This document shows, in pieces, positions 37,571 to 49,976 of a stretch of DNA of 64,000 nucleotides (the stretch's first letter is position 1; every line of letters starts with the position of its first letter). Under the pieces are notes generated by a model. It was not told where the DNA came from and ran no database searches. It was given only the letters and a program-made list of their open reading frames with translations. The stretch is from Phaeosaccion multiseriatum (lineage: Eukaryota > Protista > Ochrophyta, other classes). The translations under genes were made by a program, and so were the position numbers. The stretch is taken from contig OZ218958.1 in the NCBI GenBank assembly GCA_965112735.1, positions 248,001 through 312,000 of the forward strand, written 5' to 3'.

Positions 37571-38633
37571 GTCAGTCAGTCAGTCAGGAAGGAAGGAAGG
37601 TGACTGTCAAAGGGGGTAGGTAGGGAGGAGAGGGAAAGTGAAGGGTGGAGGGGCGTGAGGGAGAGAGGGAAGGGGGGAGAGGCATGTCGACTCCTTGACG
37701 CAGGCACCGCGGGCTCTAGGCACTCCGTACATGCAGCGCCATCGTGCCATCTCCAGTCAGTCAGTCAGTCAATCAGTCAGTCAGTCAGTGCGTGCGTGCG
37801 TGAACGCGTACCCTCTCTTATCGACTTACTTCGGCGCCAGCACAATGTCGTTACACCCAATAGACACAACGAGCACGTCTTCCCTGCTCCCCCACGAGTG
37901 CAGTTACCACGCAATAGCATCACACAGCAGGAGGGGCAGGGAGGGGGGGCGAGCACGTGAGAGTGTGCACAGAGGCACCTCATTTGCAGAGCGAGAGAGA
38001 AGACACTTCGCATTGCAGGGGGGGGGGATGCTAGGTGCGACAAGGTCGCGTGAAGGGCTCGTGGGTATCGCACTATGTCCACACCCCCTTCCTCATCGGA
38101 AAGTGAAGAACATTTAGTGGAGGATGGGGGAGGATGGGGAGGATGGTTTGAGTCTGGGGGAGAAGAGAAGAGTGTGGGGGAGGGTGGAGAAGTGAGGTGC
38201 GTTACCTTTGGATGTTCTCCCTGATTACCTCATCCTGAGGAAGCAATGCCTTCCGCCTGCTCTTAAGCGTGGTCTCCTCAACAGCGCAGTTCACGGCACA
38301 GTAAGCCCCGCCAGCAGCCTTGGCCTCCACGTTTAGGGCATAGGCCACGTCTGGGGAGCTCCAAGGAGGGGAGAAGATCTCCTCGTAGCCGTTCACGCAA
38401 GGGACCTTCTCCCCTCCCAGCCAGTACTTGTTGTCCAGGCTGGAGTCTCCTGCCAGCCATATGATCTTACGCCGCTTCTGTTCGCCGCTCGATGGGGCTA
38501 GCCTATGCACGAGGGTCCTGAGTTGATCGACAGGGTGGCCCGAGTATTCCGCGTTGAAAGGCGCAGGATGGAGAGGGCCGGAGCTGGGAGGGGTGACAGA
38601 GGACGAAGATTTCGTTATTGACCCTTGCATCAT
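36632..38633 (-). CDS. SGNH/GDSL-fold protein (4 exons)
   Basis: IWLAGDSSLDNKYW (block I), VNCAVEETTL, DVLVVSIGCNDIVL (block III, exon ~37885-37830), VLVCMIYYP, and PVPLFEALDG..DYVSRVEPSASGGRKMA (block V position). Exons at 38633-~38206, ~37885-37830, ~37469-37305 and ~36964-36632. Confidence 0.8.
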
Positions 38634-38879
38634 TGCCCGGTGTAAAATGATCAGCCTCTGCCTGGATTGAGGGATTGTTGGATCGATCGAGGATCAAGAT
38701 TTATCATTTTCCCGTCGGGTGCCATCGGCAGTTGACGCAAAGCACGCCTCTCTGATCCAGGCATGTATAAGATTCTTACGGGGCGAGCGAGAGGGCCTGG
38801 TCGTCCAGGAAACAGCCCTCTTCGCTCTCGATGATAGGGCACTCATAGGCGATTCACAGGAGAAGAAGAAAAGGTTGCC

Positions 38880-41815
38880 ATGGACAGAGCACAGAAGAGA
38901 GAGGCAGCGAAGCTGAAGAGGAAGCAACTAGACGAGGAGAAGGGACGACTGGTGAACCTCTTCACGTGGGGCTGGGGGGGGGAGGGGAGGCTGGGCTGCG
39001 GAGAAGAGAAGGAGGGCAGGGGCGGGAAGCAGCTCATCCAGGCTTTGCCCCGACCAGTGTTCAGCTTGGGCCACACGGACAGCAACGAGGTGGTGGCGTG
39101 CGCCGCAGGTGATTGAACTAGATTGTAATCGGTACAGTACATATGGTGCTGCGCTGCTGCTGCTTCTGTTGCATAAGACACGCCTGGACAGAATGATCTG
39201 AGATGCAATTGTCTCCTGCTTCTCTCCTCGACTATTTACGTTATAGGCACTCGAGTATGGCTGTCAATCATCATAATACCCGCTGCATTACATCTTCCCC
39301 CTTGGTTCTCTCCTTGCTCATCTCGCCCATTGTCCTCCTCCACACCCCTTCACCCCTCTGTGTGGCAGGTGCCTCCCACTCGCTCTTCGTCCTCAAGAGT
39401 GGGCATGTGATGGCTTGCGGAAGCTGGGACAACGGGAGGTGCGTCCGTCTCTGAAGAAGCCCTCGCTTCTGTCCTTGCTGGTGCTCCGATGAATGAATGG
39501 ATGAACAAGTGTGCCCCCTTCCCCCCCCCATCTTTGGTAGGTGCGGCTGTCTGGAGCGGCCTGAAGTGAAAGACCCCTCCAGCCACTCTGGAGCAGTCCT
39601 TCCCTTCGACTCCCTACCCAAGTCCCTCGTACCCACGGGATTCTACGCGTACCCACAGCCGCTGCAGCCTCTGGGCAAGTACATTAAGGTAAGCACTCTT
39701 CCATTCGAACACTGCGGGAGGAGCCTTTGCCTCAGGGTGGGAGGTAAACCGTATGCCCGTTGGCCTCTAACATGCCACACCCCTCCCTCCGTAGGTGGTG
39801 AAGCTGGCGTGCAGCTTCGCTTCGTCCTTCGCCGTGACAGACGTGGGCTCTCTGTGGGCGTGGGGAAAGGGAAAGTACGGGGTGTTGGGACTTGGGGACG
39901 AGCAGGACAGGTGAGGCATATTGGATAGGGTATCTTAGGGTATAGAGGGTAGAGTATAGGGTATAGAGTGTGAGGTATAGGGTATAGGTCCGCTCTATGG
40001 CGTTGCGGAGAGCAAGGGGCGGAGGCGCGAGGAGAGGCCCTGACGGTACAAGCAGCGCCTTTCACCCATACCTATCCACCCGTACGCCATGTGTGAAACC
40101 CTACGTACCACCACCCTCCACACCTCAGGTGGAGGCCGTGCGAGGTACCCACGTTCAAGGAGGACGCGTATATGCGTGTGGAGAACGTACGCGCGGGACG
40201 GTGGTTCGCCATGGTCATCACAGAAGTCAAGAGGACCTTCGCATGGGGGAGGAACGAGCACGGGCAGCTTGGCCTGGCCTGGCATGGGACTCACCCACCG
40301 ACTCCTACAGACCAGAACGAGGACGAGCAGCACAAGCAGCAGCGGCAGCAGCAGGGTGCGGGGCAGGGAGACGGAGGGGGGGCGGGGAGGAGAGGGGGGA
40401 TGCGAGGCAGGGGGGGGCGGAGAGTGATGTCCAAGAAGGAGGAGGCCGAGAGGGAGGAGATGGAAAAGGCCAAGGTTAGGGGCTTCGTGTGGACCCCTGT
40501 GGAGCACAAGTGGGCCAACGTCGAGGAGCCGCAGCAGGTCTGTAGGTCCGGCCTCTCCTCGAGTGGACTTGCCAGGGGTGGGGGGGGGGGATGGCAGTGG
40601 ATAAGCAGCAGACTTGCTGCGGGGATGGCAGTGGATGTGGGGGAGAGGAGAGGGCTGTTCTTTGCGTGGCCTTTGTGCCCGCGGCACCGCTCGGTTCTCG
40701 CTCATGGGGGATGGAAAACGTTTAGAGGAGGGCTCGCAAACCGTCACAAGCCGTCTCCATCTGCCTGTCCATCTGCCTGTCCATCTGTCTGTCCTCAGCC
40801 CCTCCATGCCCCTGCCCCTCCGCCTACCCACAGCTTGCCCCCCTCCCTCCCTCCCTCCCTCCCTCCCTCCGTCCCTTCTGCCTGCTAAGCAGCTTAGCCT
40901 CGGTGCCGAGCACGCCCTCTGCCTGGTGCGCATCTCCCACGGTGACAAGACAGAGTTCTCTATACATGGGTGGGGGAACCCTGCACACGGACGCATCGGC
41001 AAGCAGAGGGATGTCACCTTCGACAGGCCTGCGGAGGTGAGTGATGTGGTAGTTCAAGCCGTCTTGCTGGACTCATCGCTGGCGACGCAAATGTGCCCTC
41101 GTTCTACTCCTAGTATTCATGGCGCCTGTGTGTGCGTGTGTGCGTGGGTGCGTCGTATGTGCGTGTATATGTGCTTGTGTGTCTATACATGGATGAGCGT
41201 GTGTGTGTGTGCGCGCTGGTGTGTGTATGTGCATGCGTGCGTGGACAAGTGTGAGTATGTGTGTTGTATGTGTGTGTGTGTGTGTGTGTGTAGACATGAA
41301 GCGTCATTCCCTGCTTGTGGCCTCACAATGCCCATATGCCCATGCTCTCTTGACTCACAGGTGACGGTGGTGAACCACTGGCTAAGGAAGAAGAAGAGGA
41401 AGGTGGTGCAGCTCTGTGCGGGGGGGGGGCACAGCATGGCCATCCTGGACGGCAACAACGGTGAGGGAGGGGGGGGGCGGAAGGCAGCGGATGGAGAGGA
41501 GAAGGAGGGCCGGATGGCAGCTGATGGAGAGCAGAGGGAGGACCGATGGCAGCGGAAGTAGGAGAGGGAGAGGAGAGCAAGAGCACACGCATGTATACAC
41601 ACACACACAGGGAGCGGGAGAGGGAGAGAAGAGAGGGAGAGAGATACTCTCAGTATGGAAGTTTCAGTGTTGCCCTCCTCTCGCCTCCCCCCTCTGACAC
41701 CTCCCACACTAAACTATAACAAGAGGGTACGGAGAGGGAGGGAGGAATCTTTACTTTCCTCCACCCCTCTGTGCAGTCCTTCATCCTCTCTCTCTCTATA
41801 TATATCTATATCCAA

Positions 41816-41846
<31 letters not shown>

Positions 41847-43193
41847 CCTTCTTGGTTCCCTTCCCATCCACACACTCCACACCGCAGCTGTGCTGACGTG
41901 GGGGTGGGGAGAGTATGGTCAGATCGGCGATGGGCTTGGCTGGGACAGGCCCGACCCTGTGCTTGTGGCAGCACTGGAGGGGGTGGAGGACATCGCGTGC
42001 GGAGAGCGCCACTGCCTCGCGCTGAGAAAAGACCAAGGACATGAGGGGGTGAGTGAGGGGGTGAGTGAGGGAGTGAGTGAGGGGGGAAGGGTGTCCGTGA
42101 AGAGGGTGAGGGAGTGAGTCAGTGGGTCAGTGTGGAAGGCATTCACCGCCTGCCTCCCCCCCGCAGGAGGTGTGGAGCTGGGGTTACAACAACTACGGCG
42201 AGCTTGGCATGGGAGACACGGCGGTTCGGCTGCAGCCCCACTTTGTCTCCTCTCTGGCCGGGGTCAAGGTCAGGACCATAGCATGCGGGCATCGCTCCAG
42301 CTTTGCCCTCACCACAGGCCGGGCCAGAAAAGTCAAGGAACTGCCGGAGTATCAGGTGGGCGGGTTGGTGCTTCGGTGGAGAGTGCTTCCCTGCTTCACT
42401 ACTTCATCAGGGTGCTGTGTTGCGCCTTGTTTTTGGCTGGGTGGTTGGTTGGTTCGTTGGTTGGTTGGTTGGGTGGGTAAGTGGGTGGGTGGGTAAGTGG
42501 GTGGTTGGGTTGTTCACTCCCTAGGCACTGCTGCGATCGTACTGTGAAGCGTACATCTCCTTCATCCCCCACAACGTTGAGGGGTGCTCCTGAACCGGCC
42601 CCCCTGTCCTCCTTAACGCACGTTAACGCAGGGTTACATCAAGGCGTACCGTACGCATGGGCTGGTGGTGCACGACGTTCTGCAGCAGGCCATGGCCGCC
42701 AAGGGACTCAACCCCGACTGGCTCGACAAGCCCAACCACTTCTTCGAGGGGCAGCAGGGGCACAGGGACGAGGACTGCAAAGCACAGGTGCGCGTGGTTC
42801 GTGGGTTGGATGTATGTATGTATGTATGTGTGTGTGTGTGTGGGTGGGTGGGGGTGGGGTTGGTTGGTTGGTTGGTCGGTTGGTGGGTTCGTTGCTTGGT
42901 TGATACGTGTGCGTGTTGGTCATACGCACATGCATTCAATGCTCTCCCTTGCCTGCCCTTGACCCATGCAATACAACACATTGCCCTTGACCCATGCAAC
43001 ACATTGCCCTTGACCCATGCAACACATTGCCCTTGACCCATGCAAAACAATGACCTTGACCTATGCGATACAACATATTGCCCTTGACCTATGCAATACA
43101 TGCAATACAATGCCCTACAGCCGACGGCCGAAGATATGGCCATGAAGTGGTGCTTGGACACCCCCCCCGAGCCCAACAAGCCACACCCCAACG

Positions 43194-43238
<45 letters not shown>

Positions 43239-44492
43239 CCAAGTGGCAGCACCACGCCCACCCCGACGATCATGACCACGACCATGACCATGACCATGAA
43301 GAAGCGGGGCAGGGGCAGCAACACGCTATCGCCAAGGGGGGGTACGAGACGGTGTATCAGTTACGTGTTGAGTCAGTTTGAGTTTGAGGCTACTGGGGGA
43401 GGGGGGGGGGGGGGGAGCAGTTTGAGTTTGAGGCTACCTGACCCTTAACCACAACCAGCAGGGGGTGTGGAGGGCTGAAAGGTGGGGTGATGGGAGAGAA
43501 TTGGAATTGAGGCTTTTCCGGCAGAGCACATCATAGTCGGCCTTGCCAAAACCGCTGCTGCTTTCGCTGCGAACTCTTGTCTGTGTACGTGTATCACCAA
43601 CTGCTGACTATCAGTCTGCCCTGTACCGCTTTCTGCTGCTGCCCTCTGTACCACCAACTTCCGCATGGCGTCAGGTGTCTTCCGTGCGGACTGAGGAGGG
43701 TGTGCCTTGCCTGCGCTCGCCAATGCCACGCCTCGCACTTCATTGTGCCGGCCTTCAAAGTGAGGCATATGGGCAGGCAGAGGGGAGGCAAAGGCATATG
43801 GGCCGGGAGAGTGGGGGCGTATTGACAGGAGGAGGAGAGGCGTATGAACAGAGAGAGGGCAGGCAAGAGGAGAAATATGACAGGCTGAGTGGAGGTGGAG
43901 GCATATGGGGAGGACAGACAAGGGAGGCAGTCTCCTCCTCCGCCTCCAGTCTGGCCTCGAACTTATTATTTTTGTTCTTATTATCTCTCTAAGTGTGTCC
44001 TAAGTGTGTTCCGTATATCCCTCCCCTCTCCCTCCCTCTCTCCCTCCCCTCTCCCTCCCTCTCTCCCTCCCCACTCCTCCCTCCCTCCCTCCCCCCCTCC
44101 CTCCCCTCTGTAGCAATACCGGAAGGCGGAGCCGTGTGACTGCAGCGGCACCAGGGGCATGTGTAAAATCAAGTGGTCCAGGTGAGGACACCACACTGAA
44201 ACTCAAAAAAAGTACTTCTGACTCATAACTGTCGTCTCACCTCACTCCTGTCTCCTCCCTAGTTGCGCTCCCAAATCCGCTCCTAGTCCTGTCCCTCAGT
44301 CTCACTCCCTCCCTCCCTCCCTCCCTCCTGCTGCCATACTACTCAGGGTGCGGCATATCTTCATGGAGGTGTCCAAGAGGGGCATGCTTCCCGACGACTT
44401 GGCTCTGCAGCAGCAGGTATATGGACACACACACAGAGACACACACACACATACACACAGACCCTCACGCACACACATAAAATATAACCTCC

Positions 44493-44525
<33 letters not shown>

Positions 44526-45548
44526 TGAACATAAGCTTACCTTACTCACGCCCCCCTCCCCGCTAGGTACTTGCCGAGGACAAAGAGATGGTAGTGGATG
44601 GTTGCATCGGACCACACGACATCAGAGAGGTGCTCATAAAGGCCCGGGGGGGTGCGGCCTTCGTGCAGGGGGAGCATGTGGAGGACGCGGTTTCCGCGCT
44701 GACGCATGGAGGAGAGGTGGGGCGCATCGCCTTCTTGCCGTTTGAGCGCTGGTATGAGGACTACTACGACGCGGTGAGTGGGGGTGGATGGCAGTGGATG
44801 GGTAGGGCTGTAGATTGGCTTGAAAGGGATGGCAGTGGATGGGTAGGGCTGTAGATTGGCTTGAAAGGGATGGCAGTGGATGAGTAGGGCTGTAGATTGG
44901 CTTGAAAGGGATGGCAGTGGGTGGGGTTGGAGGAGGAGGAGGAGGAGGAGGAGGAGGAGGAGGAGGACCAGAGGGGGGATGAGATTGAAAGGGATGGCAG
45001 TGAATGGGGGGTAGACTGCGCCCTGGCCTGGCCAAAGACAGGCGTAAGCCAATGGGTCAAGGAGAGGCCCCCAGGAAAGGCCCCCAGGAAAGGCCCCCAG
45101 GAGAGGCCCCCTGGAAGGGCCCGGCCTCCTCCCATCCATGAGCATCCGGGGGTGCAGAGAGTGTAGTGTAGGGTTTCTGCCGGGCCGAGTGCGCTGCCGC
45201 CCCCTGCCCAGCTGCGGCCTTGTGCTCCACCTGCCCTGCGGTCTAAAGCCTCTCCCTCTCCCCCTCTCCCTTTTCTCCCTCTTTCTTTTCCTCTCGCTCC
45301 CTCTCCCTCTCCCTCTCCCTCTCCCCTTCCTCCTCCCTCTCCCTCTCCCTTCCCCTCTCCCTCCCTCTGCCTCTCCCTCTCCCTTTCCTTCTACTGCCTC
45401 TCCCTCTCCCTCTCCCTCTCTCCCTCTCCCTCCCCCTCCCCCGCTCCCTCCTCCTCCCCATCCTCCTGTTCATATGGTCGTCGCCATCTGCGGCATGAAG
45501 GTTGAGCGCGAGGAGGCGGCGTACCAGGAGGAGGGTGGGGGCATGTAA
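38880..45548 (+). CDS. RCC1-repeat beta-propeller protein with C-terminal UBR-type zinc finger and EF-hand-like helical region
   Basis: RCC1 blades: LFTWGWGGEGRLG, AG|ASHSLFV...MACGSWDNGR|CG, LWAWGKGKYGVLGLG, FAWGRNEHGQLGL, LSLGAEHALCL...GWGNPAHGRIG, LCAGGGHSMAI, LTWGWGEYGQIG, IACGERHCLAL, WSWGYNNYGELGMG, IACGHRSSFAL. Spliced YETVYQ|CLPCGLRRVCLACARQCHASH...|PCDCSG...CK matches the UBR-box pattern. The last exon (~45501-45548) is tentative. Confidence 0.85.
42954..43116. repeat. ~23-bp minisatellite (CAACACATTGCCCTTGACCCATG)~6 at an intron 3' end
   Basis: Tandem degenerate units ending just before the acceptor at 43120. Confidence 0.9.
44787..44920. repeat. 41-bp tandem repeat x3+ (GATGGCAGTGGATGGGTAGGGCTGTAGATTGGCTTGAAAGG), intronic
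   Basis: Unit starts at 44787, 44828, 44869 and 44910. Confidence 0.95.
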
Positions 45549-45603
45549 TGTAGCCAAAGCACACATCAGGGATAATGTAGCGTAATAATATATACTCTAG
45601 AAA

Positions 45604-45662
<59 letters not shown>

Positions 45663-45919
45663 TAAATTAAAATAAAAAATAAAAAATGGTGCAGCTCCCT
45701 CCGTATTACCAATATAAAGCACCTCGCCCTCGCTTCCCTCCTCCTACGTACTATCATCTAATATGTTTCATGTGTGTCCGTGTCGTGTATTTACCTCTGT
45801 GCAAGTATATTGCCTGATTGCACTTTGTCTCCCCAAGCAGCAGCAGCAGCAGCAGCAGCAGGGTTGCCCCTCACCACCACTTTCACCACTTACGCTCACC
45901 CTCACCCTCACACACACTC

Positions 45920-46754
45920 TCACACCTCACGACTTCCCTCAGGGCTGCTCCCGGGGGCATTTATGTACGCTTGCTCGGGCTCGCCCGTACTGCTGGAGGC
46001 AGCCAGGTTGTCGTAGATCGGCCACTCGAAGCAAAGCACTGTCTTGACCACGTCGGGCAGGCCCCGGAACAGCGCCGCGGGGAAGGGAATGAGGCAAGGC
46101 ACACTTCTCTTGTACTCGCGGTAGTCTTCCCGGAGGCCGTAGCGTTCGTCGCTCTTCTTCTCCAAGGGAGGGATGCCGCTGACGCACAGGAGGATAAAGG
46201 ACAGCCAGATTGGGCCCACGATGGTGGCGATACCCCAATCCGAGCCAGCGGATCCAAACACCGAGCTACACAGCACAAACAGCCCCCACCACAACAGCAT
46301 CTCTCCAAAGTAGTTGGGGTGTCGCGTGTACTTCCACAAGCCCACATCGCACCACTTGCCACTGTTGCTTCGATTGTCCCTGAAGTTGTACTTTTGCTGG
46401 TCTGCAACGGCCTCAAAGAGCAGACCAAAGGCGAACATCGCTATGCCGATGATGTCAGAGGCTTTGACGTCGTTGGATTGGTTCTCTGGGGGTACACTGT
46501 TCAGGAACGTGACGGGCAGGCTCACGGCCCAGACCTGTTGTGTTGTTACATGGGGTGGGAAGGAGGAGGAGGAGGAGGAGGAGGAGGAGGAAGAGGAGCA
46601 GAAGGAGGAGGAAGAGGAAGAGGAAGAGGAGGAGGAGGAGGAAGAGGAGGAAGAGGAGGAGGAGGAGGAGGAGGAGGATGAGGAGGAGGAGGAAAAGGAG
46701 GAGGAGGAGGAGGAGGAGGAGGAGGAGGAGGAGGAGGAGGAAGAGGAGGAGGAG

Positions 46755-46789
<35 letters not shown>

Positions 46790-48164
46790 GGAGGAGGAGG
46801 AGGAGGAGGAGGAGGAGGAGGAGGAGGAGGAGGAGGAGGAGGAGGAGGAGGAGGAGGAGGAGGAGTGAGCCTGCTGGCGCTCGCACGACGCACAGCGAGA
46901 GGAGACCGGGTACCAGCCGCTGACCAAAGCCTAGCACACTCTGCCTAACTATGTGCTTGTGCTTCAACACTTGGCTTTCGTCTGCTTGTCCCCGCGCTTC
47001 TTCACCTGTCCCTCTCTCTCTCGCTCTCTCTCTCTCTACATCTCTCCATCTCCATCTCCATCTCCCTCTCCCTCTCCCTCTCTTACCCATATCATCTGAT
47101 ACACCCAGAAGCCTAGGAACCTGCAGAAGTCCTCTCTGGTCTCGTCGAATCTGCAAGGAGGGGGGGGGGGGTACAAACAAGGCTATTGTGTTATCACAGA
47201 GGCAGCGGGGGTGGAAGGGCTGGAAAGAGAGAAGAGAGGAGGGGGCGACTACAGCGCGCCAGAGTTCTGTTGCGTGCGACAGGATGGATGGCATTAGACG
47301 GCACTAGAGGGTGAATACAACAGGCCTTAGACATTTGAAAAGTGGCGAGAGAGGAGACTGAAGGGGGCACAAGCAAAGGCGAACGAAGTCCACTCCTGTC
47401 AAGTCTTCAGTCCTTAAGCGCACAGACAGACATACCTGTCGTCTTTCCCAATGGCGAGTATTCGGAACAGCAAGAAGCCCGACAGCCGAACGGCCCACAG
47501 ACAGACTGCCACTGTCACGACGATCTGCCTCCAAGTGTAGAAGCCCGCACAGAAGAAGGTTAGCAAAGCGAGGACAGCAAAGTTTGTGCCTCCCGCGAAA
47601 TCCGTGACCTGGGGTGGTGGTGGTGGTGGTGGAGGAGGAGGAAGAGGAGTGGGTTAGGAGTCGACAATTCCTTCAAAACATGGCCAGATCGATAATGAAG
47701 GTGCACGAGGGATGGAGTGGTTGAGCATACTTCAGGCAGCTGTATCCCGTGTCCTGAAGTGCCGTGCTCCCTGAGGGGCCCCACCTTGTCGAATTTGAAG
47801 GTGGCGGCGACGGCGAAGAAGGAAAGCTGCATACCGATCGTCACCAGCGCCGTGAAGAGCTGTTCGGTGAGAAAGGAGGGAGGTACGCGAGGAGGGGAGG
47901 GGGAACGAAGGAGGTACGTCAGCAAGTGTTTTTCAGGGGAGCTCTGAGTGCAAACAGAGGCGGGAGGGAAAGGCCTCCATCGAGATCACGTGATTCAGCG
48001 GAAAGAAGAAGGGAACGGGGACAAGCAAACCCTCGCTGTGGAGCGGTGAGGCAAGGCTCCGATGAGCTGAAGCAAGGGTGAAGGCACCAGGAAAAGGCAA
48101 AAAGCGGGAAACAACTCACAAGAAAGTGCGTATCGCCCGCGATTGAAACATCAGGCTCGCTCAT
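45920..48164 (-). CDS. DUF1295 / steroid 5-alpha-reductase-like membrane protein
   Basis: Five exons: MSEPDVSIAGDTHFL | LFTALVTIGMQLSFFAVAATFKFDK | VTDFAGGTNF...WAVRLSGFLLFRILAIGKDD | RFDETRE..FLGFWVYQMIW | VWAVSLP...FEAVADQQKYNF..WCDVGLWKYTRHPNYFGEMLLWWG..VSGIPPLEK..YREYK, the hallmark DUF1295 motifs. Confidence 0.93.
46561..46865. repeat. (GAG)n tract (~100 units) in the last intron of the DUF1295 gene
   Basis: Near-pure GAG run lying between the exons at ~47087-47151 and 46535. Confidence 0.95.
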
Positions 48165-48493
48165 GGTCGCTCCCTCTGCCACTACTGCAAGAAGGAGGGA
48201 GAAGGCCTTGCCTTTTCCTTCTCTTTCAACGATATGACTCAGATCCAATATTTCCTGAAGCGGCAATTACTTTTAGGCCGTACGTAGATGGCACCAGATG
48301 TAACGAGCACTCCTTCAATCCCCCGCCATTTCTCCATTTAAATCTCCCCCCATCAGCAGCCCACAATACCAGCAGTATCAGCAGCTATCAGGTTACTGTA
48401 GTAGAGATCTTGAATTTCTGCCTCAGCTCCAGCGCGGGGGTTGGACCATTGTGTAGACGGAAGGAATTGGAGGAGGGAGGAAGAGGGCGAATC

Positions 48494-49609
48494 ATGGCGC
48501 TTTCTGCAGCTCTGCTCTTCGGCTCCTACTTGTTGATGCTGCTCAATAGCTCTGAATCCTTTAGCGCTGGACCGGCAGCCTGGAAGGCGCGCAGGCCCGA
48601 GAACGCGGAGGGCTCTCTCTTCGTGGACGAGAGCTGTATCGACTGTGACACATGCAGATGGATGGACGAGCGCACGTACGCGAGAGAGGGGGGCAAGAGC
48701 GCTGTGGTAAGACAGCCCGTGACTGATGAAGAGAAGATCAAGGCCTACATAGGGATGGTATCGTGCCCCACGGGCTCTATCCGACTCGAAGACAAGGACG
48801 CCCTCGCCAAGGAGGCAATGCGACACATTCCGTGGCTCGTGGACGAGAAGAGCCTCCCTGGGGTGTTTTACATGGGCTTTCATAGCAAGGACTCGTTCGG
48901 GGGCACCCCTTACCTCGCCATTGCTCCAGAGGCCTCCGGAGGCATCGGCACGGCGGTGATGGTAGACTCCCCTCGCTTCAATACCCGGCTCAAGAAGCGG
49001 GTGCAGGAGCTCTGTCTGGAGCTGACGGGCAAGGCACACCCCGACTTCATGTTCCTCACGCACAGGGATGATGTGGCCGACCACCAGAAGTGGCACGACG
49101 CTTTCGAAGGGGGCATGCGGAGGTGTCTGCACCAAGCCGACGTGACGGGTGGCACTGAGCTTGTGGAGGTCAAGTACAGCGGCGCCGGGCCTTGGGCTCT
49201 CGATGGGACGCCCGTCCAAGACGATGCTGATGCAGTAGACCCCTTTGTGGTACACCACACGCCGGGGCATACGGCAGGCTGCGTGTCGCTACTCCTTCGT
49301 AAGGGTGGGGGGCGCGGTGAGGGCTGCCTCTTCACCGGAGACCACTTGGCCTTCAACCACCGCCTGGGCCGTCTCGACGGCTTCGCCAGGTACAACAGGC
49401 AGAGTGTGGGGGTGCAGGCAGACAGCATGAGGAAGCTCGCGGGACTGGACTTTGATCTCCTTCTGCCTGCACATGGCCGGAAGTGGCGCTCCTCAGACCC
49501 CGTTGACTCCGACTCCAGCGGCAGCGAGGGTTCGAGGAGTAAGAAGAAGGAGAAGGAGATTCTCCATGCGGCGGATGTGTTCGAGAGCTCTGCTGCTTTA
49601 GCTTTTTAG
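48494..49609 (+). CDS. Intronless ferredoxin (CxxCxxC...CP) + metallo-beta-lactamase-fold protein, probably plastid-targeted
   Basis: FVDESCIDCDTCRWM...SCPTGSI (single Fe-S cluster domain); HSKDSFGGTPYL, VMVDSPRF, MFLTHRDDVADH, HTPGHTAG, LFTGDHL, LLPAHG. The N-terminus MALSAALLFGSYLLMLLNSSES-F is a signal peptide followed by Phe. Confidence 0.9.
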   Translation: MALSAALLFGSYLLMLLNSSESFSAGPAAWKARRPENAEGSLFVDESCIDCDTCRWMDERTYAREGGKSAVVRQPVTDEEKIKAYIGMVSCPTGSIRLEDKDALAKEAMRHIPWLVDEKSLPGVFYMGFHSKDSFGGTPYLAIAPEASGGIGTAVMVDSPRFNTRLKKRVQELCLELTGKAHPDFMFLTHRDDVADHQKWHDAFEGGMRRCLHQADVTGGTELVEVKYSGAGPWALDGTPVQDDADAVDPFVVHHTPGHTAGCVSLLLRKGGGRGEGCLFTGDHLAFNHRLGRLDGFARYNRQSVGVQADSMRKLAGLDFDLLLPAHGRKWRSSDPVDSDSSGSEGSRSKKKEKEILHAADVFESSAALAF

Positions 49610-49893
49610 TCTGGCGTGAGGGCGTGAGGGTGTGAGCGCGCAGCGGGGCGAAGGGACGAGAGCCTCGATCCTGCCCTTCAGGAGCTCCCTCTCCTCCCAC
49701 CACCCCAGGGGGCTCTGTTTCCATTCAAAGCGCGTCTTTTCCTTTTTGGTCATCATCGGGTTTGTTTCAGTTTCCCTTCAATGCCTGTCAGTCAGACTCT
49801 TTCTTGGCCGGCACCAGACCCTCGCCCGTCCATCCCCTGAGGGGCAGGGGCACCTGATCTTGCGGCACCTGCCCTGCCCACCGGGGTGTCCAA

Positions 49894-49976
49894 GGCAGCA
49901 GCAGCAGCAGCCAGGAGCAGCAGCCAGGAGCAGCAGCCAGGAGCAGCAGCCAGGAGCAGCAGCCAGGAGCAGCAGC
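49894..49976. repeat. 12-bp tandem repeat (GCAGCCAGGAGC-like) ~5 copies following a CAG run
   Basis: Repeated cagccaggagca units seen directly. Confidence 0.85.

Noticed and set aside
45605-45690. (TA)n plus poly(T) as a retroelement tail
   Set aside because: No TSD or element body; it lies between two convergent 3' ends, where AT-rich sequence is expected.
48143-48493. 117-aa N-terminal extension of the MBL ORF given in the ORF track
   Set aside because: It begins at a TTG overlapping the divergent gene, and the ATG at 48494 gives a clean signal peptide.
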